From contig NC_057753.1 of the NCBI RefSeq assembly GCF_004010195.1, positions 13,443,979 through 13,507,978 of the forward strand: a stretch of 64,000 nucleotides of DNA, given 5' to 3'. The DNA is from Chiloscyllium plagiosum (taxonomy: Eukaryota). A program made the translations under genes and the position numbers. Shown here piece after piece: positions 24,430 through 36,891 of this stretch. The stretch's first letter is position 1; the number at the start of each line of letters is the position of its first letter. Below the pieces are notes generated by a model. That model had not been told where the DNA came from. It was given only the letters and a program-made list of their open reading frames with translations, and did not search any database.

Positions 24430-25030
24430 AATACTGATTGAATTCAAGAGCAGGGAGGTTCTGCTGCAATTGTGCAAGGTGTTGTTGAGTCCATACTGGG
24501 AGTATTGTGCGCAGTTCTGGACTCCTCACCTGGAGGATGAATTTACCGGTTTTGGAGGCGCTGCAGAGGATGTTCGTCAGAATGATTATACGGATGAGGA
24601 AGGTTACTGGAGGAGGAGACGTTGATCCGCCTGAGACTGCACTCGCTCGAATTTAGAAGAATGAGAAGCGACCTTGTGGAACGTATAAAATTATGAAAGG
24701 GATGCATAAGATAGATGGAGACAAGTTATGTCCACTGGTGGGTGAGACTAGGACTAGAGGACATGGCCTCAAGATTACTGGGAGTGGATATAGGGTAGTG
24801 TAAAGGGAGGAACTGCATTTCCTGGAGACAATGGGATTCCCTGCCAATGGAAACAGTACAAGAAGCTTCATTAAATTAATTCAAGACACGTTTGAATGAG
24901 TTTTTGCATGTTCATGAAAATAAGGGTTATGGGGACAGTGCAGGTCGGAGTAGCCAAGGCAATGGATAGATCGTAATGAATGGCGGAGCGGGTTCGACGG
25001 GAGAAATGGACATCTCCAGCTTCTATTACT
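24430..25030 (+). mobile_element. Old CR1 LINE 3' fragment between V-C and V-D; paralogs ~43255-43865, ~61120-61705
   Basis: Paralog ORFs KVLVRPHPKDCAQFW, LYSIEFRRMRSDLVETY and TRAHGLKVRGSRFRTE..RIVNLWNSL. Confidence 0.82.
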
Positions 25031-25266
25031 TTGTGCCATCGGCTCCAGAAAACAAGAGCTGCTTATTCATCACCAGCAACTGGCACAGCGAATAAGAAGT
25101 TATCATGTAGAAAAGCGCACAATGTGAATTGCAGAAAGAGAGATTTTGGGACCATTGATCTTTGTTGTCTCGCTTCCAATGTCTTATCAGTTGACAATCC
25201 AGCGACATATCAGAAATGTGGCTAAGGATGGAAGTAGGGAATGGAGCGTCATGTGTGTGTCTGGCT

Positions 25267-25305
25267 AGTTTTTGTACGGACTGAATGCAACTCTTTATCA
25301 GCGTG
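25267..25305 (-). other. 23-RSS of V-D2
   Basis: CACGCTG-23nt-ACAAAAACT on minus strand. Confidence 0.9.
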
Positions 25306-25740
25306 AGACTCAGCGCACAGTGGTAGACGGCAGAGTCAGATACATGAGCAACAGTGATATTTAAAGGAAATATTTTCTGCTTTTTGTCCAGAGAAGAAGA
25401 GAACCTGTCAGAGAAAGCTGGAGACGTTTGTCCTTCTTCCTTGTTGAATCTTTTCAGTAAATATGCCGGAGTCTCCCCGGGATACTGGACGTACCAAAAG
25501 AGCACTGCAGGAGTGGACTGTGCTGAGTAATTACAGTTGAGGATTGCAGTCTCTCCTTCCTGAACCAGTTTTTCAAGTGGATCCTGGGAAACTGAATCTT
25601 GGCCACTCGCACCTGCAATAAAAACAATGAAGTTGTCAAAAATTTGAAGGTCGAACTGGTGAAGCGCATCTTGACGATTTTAGATCAAACTTACCTGTCA
25701 CCACTGTCATAATTATCATTGAAGCACATAAAAAGCACAT
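25306..25740 (-). CDS. TRAV: TCR V segment family D copy 2 (leader 25740-25695, V exon 25612-25306), potentially functional
   Basis: MCFLCASMIIMTVVT, 82-nt GT-AG intron, QDSVSQDP..LNCNY..FWYVQYPG..DSAVYHCALS. Confidence 0.9.
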
Positions 25741-25878
25741 ATTTCAGGTTCGGCACTTTTCAGAATGTTTTGACCATCTGATCTTCCATGAGGGACTGAA
25801 CCCCGATCAGAATCAATCTTCACTTTTTGGACAAGTGAGACATTGGTTCCCTTGATCCAATTGGCTGGCTTCTAGATA

Positions 25879-25886
25879 TGACGTCA
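25879..25886. promoter_or_regulatory. CRE (TGACGTCA) in V-D promoter; paralogs 44707-44714 and 62563-62570 (TGACGTCC)
   Basis: About 140-150 bp upstream of the leader ATG, next to a CAATTGG/CCAAT element. Confidence 0.7.
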
Positions 25887-26499
25887 CCTGTCATATAATA
25901 AAGGACAGACGACAGGTGACTCTCTCTAATCTCTTCCCTGGCTGTCTTGCTCACCCTGATACTCTTTCCCATGCATTCAGCCATTAGATCTCCTTCCGTT
26001 ATTGCACTATACTTTCTGCAGCGGTCGATCGGCCACTCTTCAGAGAGATAGATCTTTCCCTGTAGCTAAGATAAAAGGTGAAATAATTCAAAGTTATTTT
26101 ATTACTCAGGTATCAATCAATGTGTACAGTCAAGATCCATAGTTAATTGTTACTGTGTGAAGCTCAGCGGGGAAATGACAAGCAGTTACCTTTTTCGAAA
26201 CTGAGTTGTGGTACCAGTGCGGCTCATTGTGTTTTGATAGTTTGCTGACTTTAAACAGAAACAATTTTCATCCCATGAATTTTAAAAGTTTCAACGCATC
26301 AAACACTCCACCAACCAGATTTCAGATTATATCAGTTTTCAAAGATACTTTGGCAGTCAATCTGGAAATTATAGAAGTGAGAATTGATTAAGTTACTTTC
26401 CGTAGACATCTTCACACGATCGTGATGAATTGTAACAGGATGACGGCATTTACCCTTTCGAACCGTTTTTGCAAAACAATTTGATGCATCCAAAACACG

Positions 26500-26539
<40 letters not shown>

Positions 26540-28884
26540 CACACACAGAGGCAATATGGAGAACGACAAATTCATCACAGAAGGTCGGACAGAATGCGTT
26601 GATCAGCAGGAGATGTACTTGGGCACCAATAACCTTAGGCCATGTGACTTCATAAGATGTGGAGACAATACCGAGGATTGTGAGAGGGGTTGAGTCTGGG
26701 TTGGTAACTTTTCAGAGGGTGGTGTGGATTTGTTGAGTCATATGGAGGGATTTGCACACTGCAGGGATTCCATGACATCTATAAAAAGAGTAGCTTCCTA
26801 GACCAGTGCTGTGGATCTGTAGTCACAGATGTGCCAGACCAGGTGAGGACAGAGGATGCTCTGAAGCACATTATTGAATTACATCTATGAATTGACAATA
26901 TTGGCATGGTCATTGTTAGACTCTCGCATGCAGATGTTCAATTTTACTCAATTCAAATTTTATCATCTGCTTTAGTGGGATACGAATCCCGTTTCCCAGA
27001 ACATTAACTGATTCTCTGCAATAATCATCTTGCTATAGTACTAATAGGTTAACTCGTCCCACGTTTGTGAACTTTCTCCAAAGCTTTCCTTTTCAAAGAT
27101 ACTTTCCATTTCCTTTTGAAAGTTCGCATTGAAGGTGTCTTGATCATCATTTCAGGTAATGCATTCCAGCTCATTTTAATTCGTTAGAAGGAATGAGGCA
27201 TATCTCAAACTTCAGTGTGTGGGATGCACATAGAACAAAAAGAGGAAGTTCTTGGGTACAATGCAGTCCTTCTTCACCTAGTATTCAAACAATTATCATT
27301 ATGAAGAAACTTGACAGATCCATTTCACTTACACTTCCACCTGCAATTTTACTACAGATTTTAAGCAATCACTTTCAGATGTGCTTTTGCACATAAAGCA
27401 GGAAGGTAATACAAACAGGTTCATATGTTGGAGAATTGTCAAGTGTCATTTTCAAACTGGAAAGTTAAAGCTGCCACTTTACTTTAAGTCAGGAACAAAT
27501 CACAAACACAACCGTCTATGTGTTTCAGATCTCCAGCATCCACAATTATGTTTCATATTATGAATGTGAACGCAGCCTTCCTGAGAAAGGAATTTTAACA
27601 CATCGGGAAGTTTGCCAAACATTCACAGCAGGGAGATACGATGGTCAACCTGTGCGTGGTCATGGATTCTATTGATCACCTCCTAGATAGACACAAAGAC
27701 GATGTTGTCAAGGAGGAACCATGAATATGTGAGGACTGTGGCAAGGGATTCAATTACCCATCCTAGCTGGGAAATCCATTGACGAAATCTATGGGAGATG
27801 AATTTCTGGAGTTCGCTCTGAGCCTTTCTGAAGCAAAACGTTGAAGCACCAATTACAATCAGCTTGTTTTAGGAATAGCATTGGTTGAAATCAGAGAAAA
27901 AATAATAAGGTTGTACCTGCCACACAGTGTGTTTGAGTTCACAGCAAAATAACTGTGAGTCGTCCCTTATAGAAAATGATATTCGTTTATTGTACAAAAT
28001 TAACATGAGAACTACAATCAAATGAAATAACACAACGACCTATCTTCTGCTTTAATTTAACTTTGTATGTTCGCAAACCACCGCACTCAAAGTTGGCCAG
28101 GCTCAATGTGGTGATGATTTCCTTTTCTTCAGATGGTCTTAAAGGTGCATTCCCTTTCGGTGGTTATTCTCGAGTTACCATCCTGAGTGGGGTTTTGTGG
28201 TGACTGCTCTCCTTCCGAGGATTCGCGCCCTTTTGGGCGGATTTTGAGGATCTGCCAACTGATTCATCAGGTTCGATTAGCCTGATTGGTCAGGACCAGG
28301 CACTTGTTTTCACGTTGTTGGCAGGATAGCCCTTAGGCGTCCAATACGGTAGTTGTTGGGTGCACGTAACCTCCATCCAAATAAGGGTGCGAGGTGCCTC
28401 TCTGTTTCGCGAAAGACTCACTGCTCCCAATTGTCCCGAGGGTGACATTCCATTATCCTATCCAAATCCAACTTCAGTTGTGTATTGCAGTGTCTGCAGC
28501 TGTCAGGTTTGTTTGCAAACCGGCTATGGGCAGCTGCAGCGTTTATAGATTCTGCATCATGTGGATTAGCACTGTCACTTTAGTCAAGGCTTACTTCGAT
28601 TTCCCAACACGCTTTAATCATTGTTAATCTTGTGTAACTCCATGTTAAGTGTATTAGTGTCATCATAAGTTCATTATTTCAGGTGGCGCTTCCGGCCGCA
28701 GTAACCTTGCTCATCAGACGTCCTGTTGAATAGAGTTCATAATGTCGTGCAATTTTTAATGAAGATTCAAAGTGATATCATTCATACTGGAAATAGAGTC
28801 TCAAACCTGAGAAATGGAAACTATGAAAATTGGAGTGGCAACTTGTTTATGATGGATTGCCAAAATACACAAAATAATTTGCAA

Positions 28885-29257
28885 GTTGTTGTGGTTCTGT
28901 TCGCCGAGCTGGAAGTTTTTGTTGTAGGAACTACTATCATAGCGCATGCCAGACAGAGAACAGCCAGGGAATTCCTAGAGGCATGGCATTCATCCACAAA
29001 CTCCATCAACAAACACGTCGACCTGGACACAATATACCAACCACTACAGCGGACTGCTGAAACTGACAACCGGAAGCGGCAGGGACAGACCACTATAAAC
29101 ACCGGAGGAAACATCAAAGAAAGCCTTTGCAGGAGGCTCCCAAGCACTGATGATGTCGCCTAGCCAGGGGACGAAACGTTTGCAACAAAAACTTCCAGCT
29201 CGGCGAACAGAACCACAACAACGAGCACCCGAGCTACAAATCTTCGCACAAACTTTG
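28885..29257 (+). mobile_element. Young truncated Penelope-like element with inverted 5' segment
   Basis: GIY-YIG C-terminal-like AREFLEAWHS.NSINKHVDLDTIYQPL; perfect 40-bp inverted repeat 28885-28924 / 29183-29222; flanking direct repeat AATTTGCAAGT (28876-28886, 29258-29268); absent from other cassettes. Confidence 0.8.
29144..29183 (+). ncRNA. Minimal (type I) hammerhead ribozyme motif
   Basis: GCA-CTGATGA-T-GTCGCCT AGCC AGGGGAC-GAAA-CG-TT-TGC: stem I GCA/TGC, stem II, both core boxes, GUU cleavage triplet. Confidence 0.8.
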
Positions 29258-32162
29258 AATTTGCAAGTGATTGAAGAGGTATTATATGGTCTGTAAGTAT
29301 TATTTGTTCCTCAGAAACAGCGATGTGCAGCTGGAAAAATAAATCAGATATGACTAGCAAAAGATTGAAGACATGTATGCTGTATGGCTTGCAAGGCTGC
29401 AAAAAAGTGAGAAGCCAAATGATTGAAAGCAATTTTGAATTCAATAAACGATTGACCAAAAGACTGATTAAATGGCAAAAGCGATGTGTGGAATCTCAGA
29501 AGAATCATAAATATGAACTGTATAAGTTGCTTACATAGATGAAATGCAGAAAAGCACTAAAACATGTTGGATTTCCACCGAAGCCATCAGGTCCAATATT
29601 CACTGCCTTATCACTAATGCACAGTTGTAGAAGTGTGGCCCCAGTATGCACTACAGTAAATCGCCAAGTGTCCTGCAAAAGAACATTCCCATGCCCTCAC
29701 CATCTGGAAAGACAAACACGTGGGATAGGAACACTTCAGGCCATAATCGGTCGTTACTTAGTCCTAAGTCACATGCTTTCTTGAATACTTGGTCAAGACC
29801 CTTGAACACTCTTGCTAACAACAATGTGGGTGCCCCAACTCAGCAAGCAATGCAAACATTGAAGAAGGCAGGTCACACCACCTCCTCCCCGGCAGACAGG
29901 ATTGGACAAAGCTTCTGTCCCTGCTCCTGTGCTGAAAGTGATAAAATGCTACCCCCTTCTGGCAGCTATATGCCATTGCACAGGCAGAGTGTAAAGCGTC
30001 TTTGGGGATTATGTTAGAGGAATGGAAGCAACGTCCTGCATTGTTCAAACGGACAACATCATCTGCTCACACACTCAGACAGTGTGGGAATGACAGAGTT
30101 GATCAGTGTGAATCATTGTGTGCCACCTTCAGCAAATGAATGTGCCTAGAAAAGACAGACTAAGAAGCAGCAAGTCCTCCAACCAGAAGTGTCAACACAG
30201 CGAACACTGTGAACAGGAGACATTAAAATGCCAGCCCAGTTTTCCCTGTCACCTGTAACACAAATGCTTTGTATGCTTGGTTTCTCTGCATTCAAGGAAT
30301 ACAGGGTAGTAGTTGTTCAAGACAGTAAGAGTTGCAACCGATTGAGTTATATATGATGAGTTCATAATTGTTAATCTGCATCTGGAATATATGTATTTGG
30401 AATAAATAGAAATTTATGTTAAGTATAGAAGCCTGGGCCTGGCTGTCTGCTATTTTGAGACTAAAGCACAGGTAAGTCCAGAATTTTGTGAACTTTGATA
30501 AATTCTTTAACTTTTGCGATACCTCCAAGAACTGCAGGTCTTGCTGTTATCCAGGCATTCCAATCATCAAACTGTACTGACAAATGTAATTACTGATGTT
30601 TCTTCTGCCATGGGAGATTTAGCTCTAGATCTGTATTTGCATCATTATCCCTAACAATTAAATTAGATTCCCAATTTCATAAATACACTGACTACGTTTC
30701 AAAACGTTGGATTTTGAACGATGCTCCAGCGCCAGAACATATTATCCTGCTGCATGAAAAGTATTTTGAAAGTTTACATCCCTCAGTTACGGTGAAGACA
30801 TTCAGAATCAGTTGGAGACATGTCTCGATAAAGACCACTGCCTTTTGAGGAAGGACATCCCTAAGTCTCACAATGCTCTGACAGATAAGTTATCCCTCGT
30901 CTCTGATTAAATGGATGGAGTCATAGAGTTCTACAATATGGAACAGGCTCTTTGTCTCAAATGCCAGAAGCCATCCGTCAACCCTAATACCATTTCCCTA
31001 CACTTGACCCATACCTTCCTAATCCTTTCCTATCCATGTACTTGTCTGAATGTCTTTTAAGTGCTGCTAACGTAGACGCCTCAACCACCTCCGCTTGCCG
31101 TTTATTCCACATGAGTACTACACTCTGTGTTAAAAAAATTGGCCCTTCGGTTCCTTTTCTTCTTTCCCCTTAAACTGATGCCCTCGAGCTCTTCATTCCC
31201 CAACTCTGGGAAAAAGACTGATTAAATTCACATTATCCATGCCTCTCATGGTCTTGTACACCTCCATACGTTCCACACTCCCCATCCCTGCTCTACTCAA
31301 TGTCCTACACTCGAAAGATAAACGTCATAGTTTGTCCAACCTCTCCTTGCAAATCAGACCTATTAGTCCAGGCAATATACTTGTAAATTTCTTCTGCACT
31401 CTTTCCATTTTAATAAATCTTTCATACAGCAAGGTGACCAGACTCAGCATAATACCCCAAGTGCAGCCTCACCAACGTCCTGTACAATTGTAACATTATT
31501 CCCAATTTCTATACTCAATTCCCTGCCTGATGAAGACTAGTGTGCCAAAACCTTTTTCACTGTCCTGTCTAACTGTGACTTTCAGAGAACCATGCACCTG
31601 AACACCAAGGTCTGTCTGTTGCACTACACTCCTTAAGGCCCTACCATACAGCATGAAGTTCTTGCTTTGAATTGACTTTCCTTCATGCAAGACGTCACAC
31701 TTGTCTATATCAAATTCCATTTGCTTGATTCAGTGAGGCTGCTCAAAGTGTGGAGTACAGTTTCAGTTGCAATGCGTGAAGAAAATGCCCTGAAATCATT
31801 GAATGCTGCATTTGAAATAAAATGTGCAGAGCAAATCAGGCAACGATTTTTTGGTTCGGCGTGGGGAGGGGGAGGAGGATATTTTCGTTTTCATTCGCCA
31901 CGATCGTGTGAACTCAATTGTGGTGAGAAAACTTACGTAGCAACTTCCGAAGATAACCACTGGAGGGCAGAGTGGATCTGTGACATATTAAATGAGAGGG
32001 CGAAGTGACATTACACACATTGTGAGCAGCTCTGTGTGCGAAAGATAAACTCGAAGACATAACTTATTTGACAACTTCGAAAGAAGACAGCACTGTGTTC
32101 GACACGAAAAGACTGTTTTTCTCATTGTTAACTTTTTTTTTCCAACAAAACTCTGTAACTTG

Positions 32163-32500
32163 ATGACGTCTCAAGTTTACCGAGTTCTTTTCCTGCTTTC
32201 CTCTCTGATCTACACGGCAGAAACTGGAGAAGATGAAGTCACGCAACTTGTTCAGTGGAAAGTTGTTAAGGAGGCAGAAAACGCTTCCATTGACTGCTCC
32301 ACAACAAAAACATTTGTCACAGTGCACTGGTACAGACAGTTCCCGAACCAGCCGCCCCAGCATCTGGTGATGGCCAAAAGAGAAGCTGATCAACATGAGA
32401 GGATCGCCGCTTCAATCAGTACAGACAACAAACACAGTGCCCTGAGTGTGAGAGACACCAGACTTAACGACACCGCCATCTATCTCTGTGCCAATGGGGG
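32163..32500 (+). CDS. TCR V segment family A copy 3
   Basis: Open leader+V frame (IDC..WYRQ..DTAIYLCA); RSS 32501-32539 CACAGTG-23-ACAAAAACC. Confidence 0.9.
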
Positions 32501-33874
32501 CACAGTGTTATAAACAGAGGGAGAGTCTAAACAAAAACCTATACTGCACTGCTGAGTATCAATGCTGTTACTTGACGGCTGTATAATGCGATGTTAAGGG
32601 GACCGTGGTAACAATAAAAGAGATAGTACAGCCGAGGAAGACCTAAAGAGTGCAGGAAGTGAAGAGAATTCGAAATCTGGGTGGAGACAAAGCAAGCATA
32701 TTCACATATGCTAACATCAGTGAAATAAAAGATGAGAGAAAGTGCGGAAATAAAGTAACAATACATGGAGAAGATCAAATGATGATAAACTATTGAAAAA
32801 TAACGAGTGTCATGCATAGACGTTAAATGTTAAATCAGTTTAAGTCATAAATCAACCGTGAAGGAAAGTAATATGGCCTTTCTTTTAACATCATTCACAT
32901 TTCATTAACACTTATACATTCCAGTTCTCTCAAAAATGATTCGAAAAATCTAATCATTCGACATCATCCCATCGACTCAAACGTTCATTTCCCTGTGGTG
33001 GAACGTTCTTAGATGTCCCCTCCAGCGGAAGCTGTAACCCCACTCACTTAAACTCTTTAGGTCCTTCTCGCAGACTCTTTGTGCCATCCTCATCACTTGC
33101 CTTGTCATTGAGTTTTGTGTTTTTGGCAAAATACATTCTCTTCTGTCAAGCTTTGTGTTAATATGTATCTCTGCTCTCTCGCCATTCCCATTCAGACTTT
33201 CAGAGAAACTGTATCATCCTGTCTTCCTTTAAAAAAATTATAGAATTTTCCTGCTGCAGGTAATTCTGGCATGCATCACGAACACGCTTTGAAAATACAG
33301 CAGTGCTGCAGGTGTTGCAATGTATCCGGTGTAGACACCATGGATACATTTGCTAAGGCACAATGTAAAATGAAAAGAAAATCTTACCAGAAAATGCAAC
33401 AAAATCCATATTGCATTCTACTATTTGAGTAAGTGAAATTGTATTTTTTAAATTGACATCATCACTGTGTCCAAAAACCTTAAGCACACTGAACTTCAGC
33501 CCGGGCTAAAGGAAGTTCTCAAAACGCCAGAGAGAAGTTCTCTTAACTGGGAGATTCAAGTTTCTGACACTCGAACAACATGGACTGTGTTTCTTCCCCG
33601 ACTTCGCCTACAGAATAATAAATGTCAATATTGGTTCAAAGTCTATGCAAGACCCCGTTGTCTGGTGAATAAATTCACTGTGTTCCTTTCAAGGAGCGTG
33701 AAGCTGATTGATTGAATTGAAGAATAAAGTCGTTTGAAACTCTTTGGTTGCCACCTAATGCCTTTGCCAACAATGAATCAATGGGCAGAGATCTGGAATT
33801 GTTCGCAATTCTTGACTAAAGTTATTTTAGCTTCGACTAGTTCTGCTCATATTCACTGTGATCTCTCTGCAACA

Positions 33875-34928
33875 ATGTCGCCTGGAGCACTGTGTTTATT
33901 CCTCACAACTGCAGCTGTTCTAATGGGTAGGTTGATAACTTGAGGATCTTTTGGTTTCAGATCCGCAGTGTCAATTACATTTAACCCAGGAGTCCCATCA
34001 ACACAGAGGCAGCGATACATTCTCTCCAAATGAAAATAATCAGGTTGAGCCCAACTTTTCCAACACCAGCTCTGTTTGGGATGAGTTAGCCAACGACCCC
34101 GAGTGAAAGACAGTGGAAGAGTTACGCTGGGAATTAAGAATGACTGTGTCCATTCAGATACTTTGACTCAGGCGAGACCTTTAATCTCACGTACTATCTG
34201 TAGTTGTCCCATCGGGATCGGGAACGAAACGGAAAATAACCTTGTTAGACAGTGTGAGCTGTTTATTTAAGAAGATTTTATTTAATCTGTCAAAGCCGAG
34301 TTGCGTGAAATGTATTCTTGTTTATCTTCCCTAACTTATTTCTCAGGTTGCTGTTCAAGGTGACAAGATTACTGTGGCATCAGAATAATGAAGTGTTTTC
34401 TGTAATTTCCGGATTCTCCTGGAGTGCAGATCTTGCTAATGTTGACCTTTGCGACATAACCTGTATGCCTCTGTCTAAGTTTGTTCTTCTCATTCTATGA
34501 TATGTTTATCCTTCTTTTCAATGATTGACCTAGACTGCTCTGAAACAAAGCTTTTCAGTGCACTGAGGTACACGTGTCAATAAGTCCAATAATTAACCAA
34601 TCAAATGAATCGATCAATAAATTTTACAGGACTTTGTCGAGGAGAGTCTGTCTCACAGTGAGGGGATCGCAGTGAATGAGGAGAACAGTGTCCAGTTCTT
34701 CTGTAATTAAACTACAACAAGCAGCACTCCTTACCTGTTCTGGTACATTCAACAGTCCAGTGGTTCCATGGAGTTTCTGCGACGGAGAAGCAAATTTGGT
34801 GGGAGCACGGAGAGGTTCCAAGGAGACAGGTTATCCTCAGAGTTCGATCATGTGAACCACACCATCAACCTGAAAGTGATGAAAACAGAACCGGTAGACT
34901 CTGCAATGTATTACTGCGTACTGAGCCC
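33875..34928 (+). pseudogene. TRAV: TCR V family B copy 3 pseudogene (leader 33875-33926, V 34630-34928)
   Basis: In-frame TGA at 34659 with frameshifting replacement in FR1; TAA after Cys23-Asn; RSS 34929-34967 CACAGAG-23-ACAAAAACT. Confidence 0.9.
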
Positions 34929-36049
34929 CACAGAGTCTCAGAACTGGGCTGACCCTGTACAAAAACTATCAGGGAGTCACTGAATATGACAGTGTGTCAG
35001 GCACACGGTGAGATCAGGAGTGGATCTGAAAGGGTTCCCGAATTCACGGTGATATCTGATGTTTTTCAATTGAATAGATAACTTTATTCGTTATAAATGT
35101 ATTATTGAAATAAACTGAAGCTGTCGGTTTAGTGAATAAGTGAATACGTGATTTCTTGCTTTTTGAAATGTCCCGAAGCATTTCACGTTTGTAGCGAAGA
35201 GCGATGTAGAAAATACAGCAACCTGTTATGTCCAACAAAGTCCAAAGCATTTTGGGAGTGAAACAATGATCGGTCACGTGATTCTGATGGGTCACGTGCA
35301 TCTCTGGAGCAACCTGAATAACATCAACCATTTTGTACTGTATTGAGTACTGCCCCTGCAGCTGCATGTTAACAGTTTCAAAATAGCGACGGACAGATTT
35401 GGTAGTCCAGGGTAGTGCAGACTTGCTTTCAAATACCAATCAGAAAGTGGGATGTGACTCAGATCTGAGCAACACTAACCAAATAAACACACTCAATAGG
35501 GCTGATTAATGAGGCAAAGTCACCAGTGAAAGATGCAGTCGCATGTGGTTTCTGCTTGCCGCCCTGTCTGAAAGTGAACATTCTTCACCCAACACCTAAA
35601 TTTGTTGATTGTGCCCCAATCGTTCACATCTGGTTATGTCAAATGTTTAAAGACGACAGGAGTCCTCTCCTCCCTCTGGCGACACATAAGAGAAACCAAA
35701 TATTATTGCGACCACAAATTGCATTCAAGAAGGTGAATGTGGTCTGCCTCTTGGACTGCTGAACTCATTGGGATGGAATGACACTCATCGTGCCGTTAGC
35801 AAGAGAGTTCCAGAATTTTGACTCAGCAGCACTGAAAGAATATTTACTGTTCAAGGTGAGATGGTGACTTACTTTGAGAGAAAGATACAGGTGGCATTGT
35901 AATCCAAACATTCGAAATTTTCGAATCAATTTACTTTGTTCTTGGATGTATGACTCTTCTAGGATTCTGTTCATCTAACAGTATGGACACTTAGCAATGA
36001 CTCCAGCGAGGTTTGTTCTGTGGGTGAGTAAACTATTGGACTGACACTT

Positions 36050-36671
36050 TTATTAATAGAGGGATCGAGTTCCAGAACCATGAGGTTATACTACAGCTGT
36101 ACAAATCTCTGGTGCGGCCGCACTTGGAGTATTGTGTACATTTCTGGTCACCACATTATAAGAAGGATGTGGAAGCTTTGGAAATGGTGCAGAGGAGATT
36201 CACTAGGATGTTGCCTGGTATGGAGAGGAGGTCTTACGACGAAAGACTGTGGGACTTGAGGCTGTTTTCGTTGGAGAGAAGAAGGTTGAGAGATGACTTA
36301 ATAGAGACATATAAGATAATCAGAGGGTTAGATAGGGTAGACAGGGAGAACCTTTTTCCAAGTATGGTGACGGCGAGTACGAGGGGGTGTAGCTTTAAAT
36401 TGAGGGGTGATAGATATAGGACAGATGTCAGAGGTAGTTTATTTACTCAGAGAGTAGGAAGGATATGGAATGCTTTGCCTGCAACGGCAGTAGATTCGCC
36501 AACTTTAAGTGTATTTAAGTCGTCATTGGACAAACATGTGGACGTAATTGGAATAGTGTAGGTTAGATGGGCTTCAGATTGGTATGACTGGTCGGCGCAA
36601 CATCGAGGGCCGAAGGGCCTGTACTGCGCTGTAATGTTCTATGTTCTCTGTTCTATGCTTTATGTTCTATG
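36050..36671 (+). mobile_element. Young 5'-truncated CR1 LINE insertion specific to cassette III
   Basis: ORF 36112-36561 RPHLEYCVHFWSP..RRRLRDDLIETYK..FTQRV; (TGTTCTA)n tail. Confidence 0.92.
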
Positions 36672-36891
36672 GATACAAAATCGTGGGTTGCTGGAAAAGC
36701 TCAGCAGGTCTGGTGGCAGCTGTGAGGAGCCATCAAACTTTCTGTTTTTGGTCGTGTGCCCCTTCCTCAGAATTGAAACATCATTTTCAATACAGCCCCT
36801 ATTTGAAGACATCGCTTGGCTGGTGGTGAGAAGGCCACTGCCATGCATGCACGGTCTGCCTGCATTGCCGCACTCTGCCCTTGAAGTGGCT

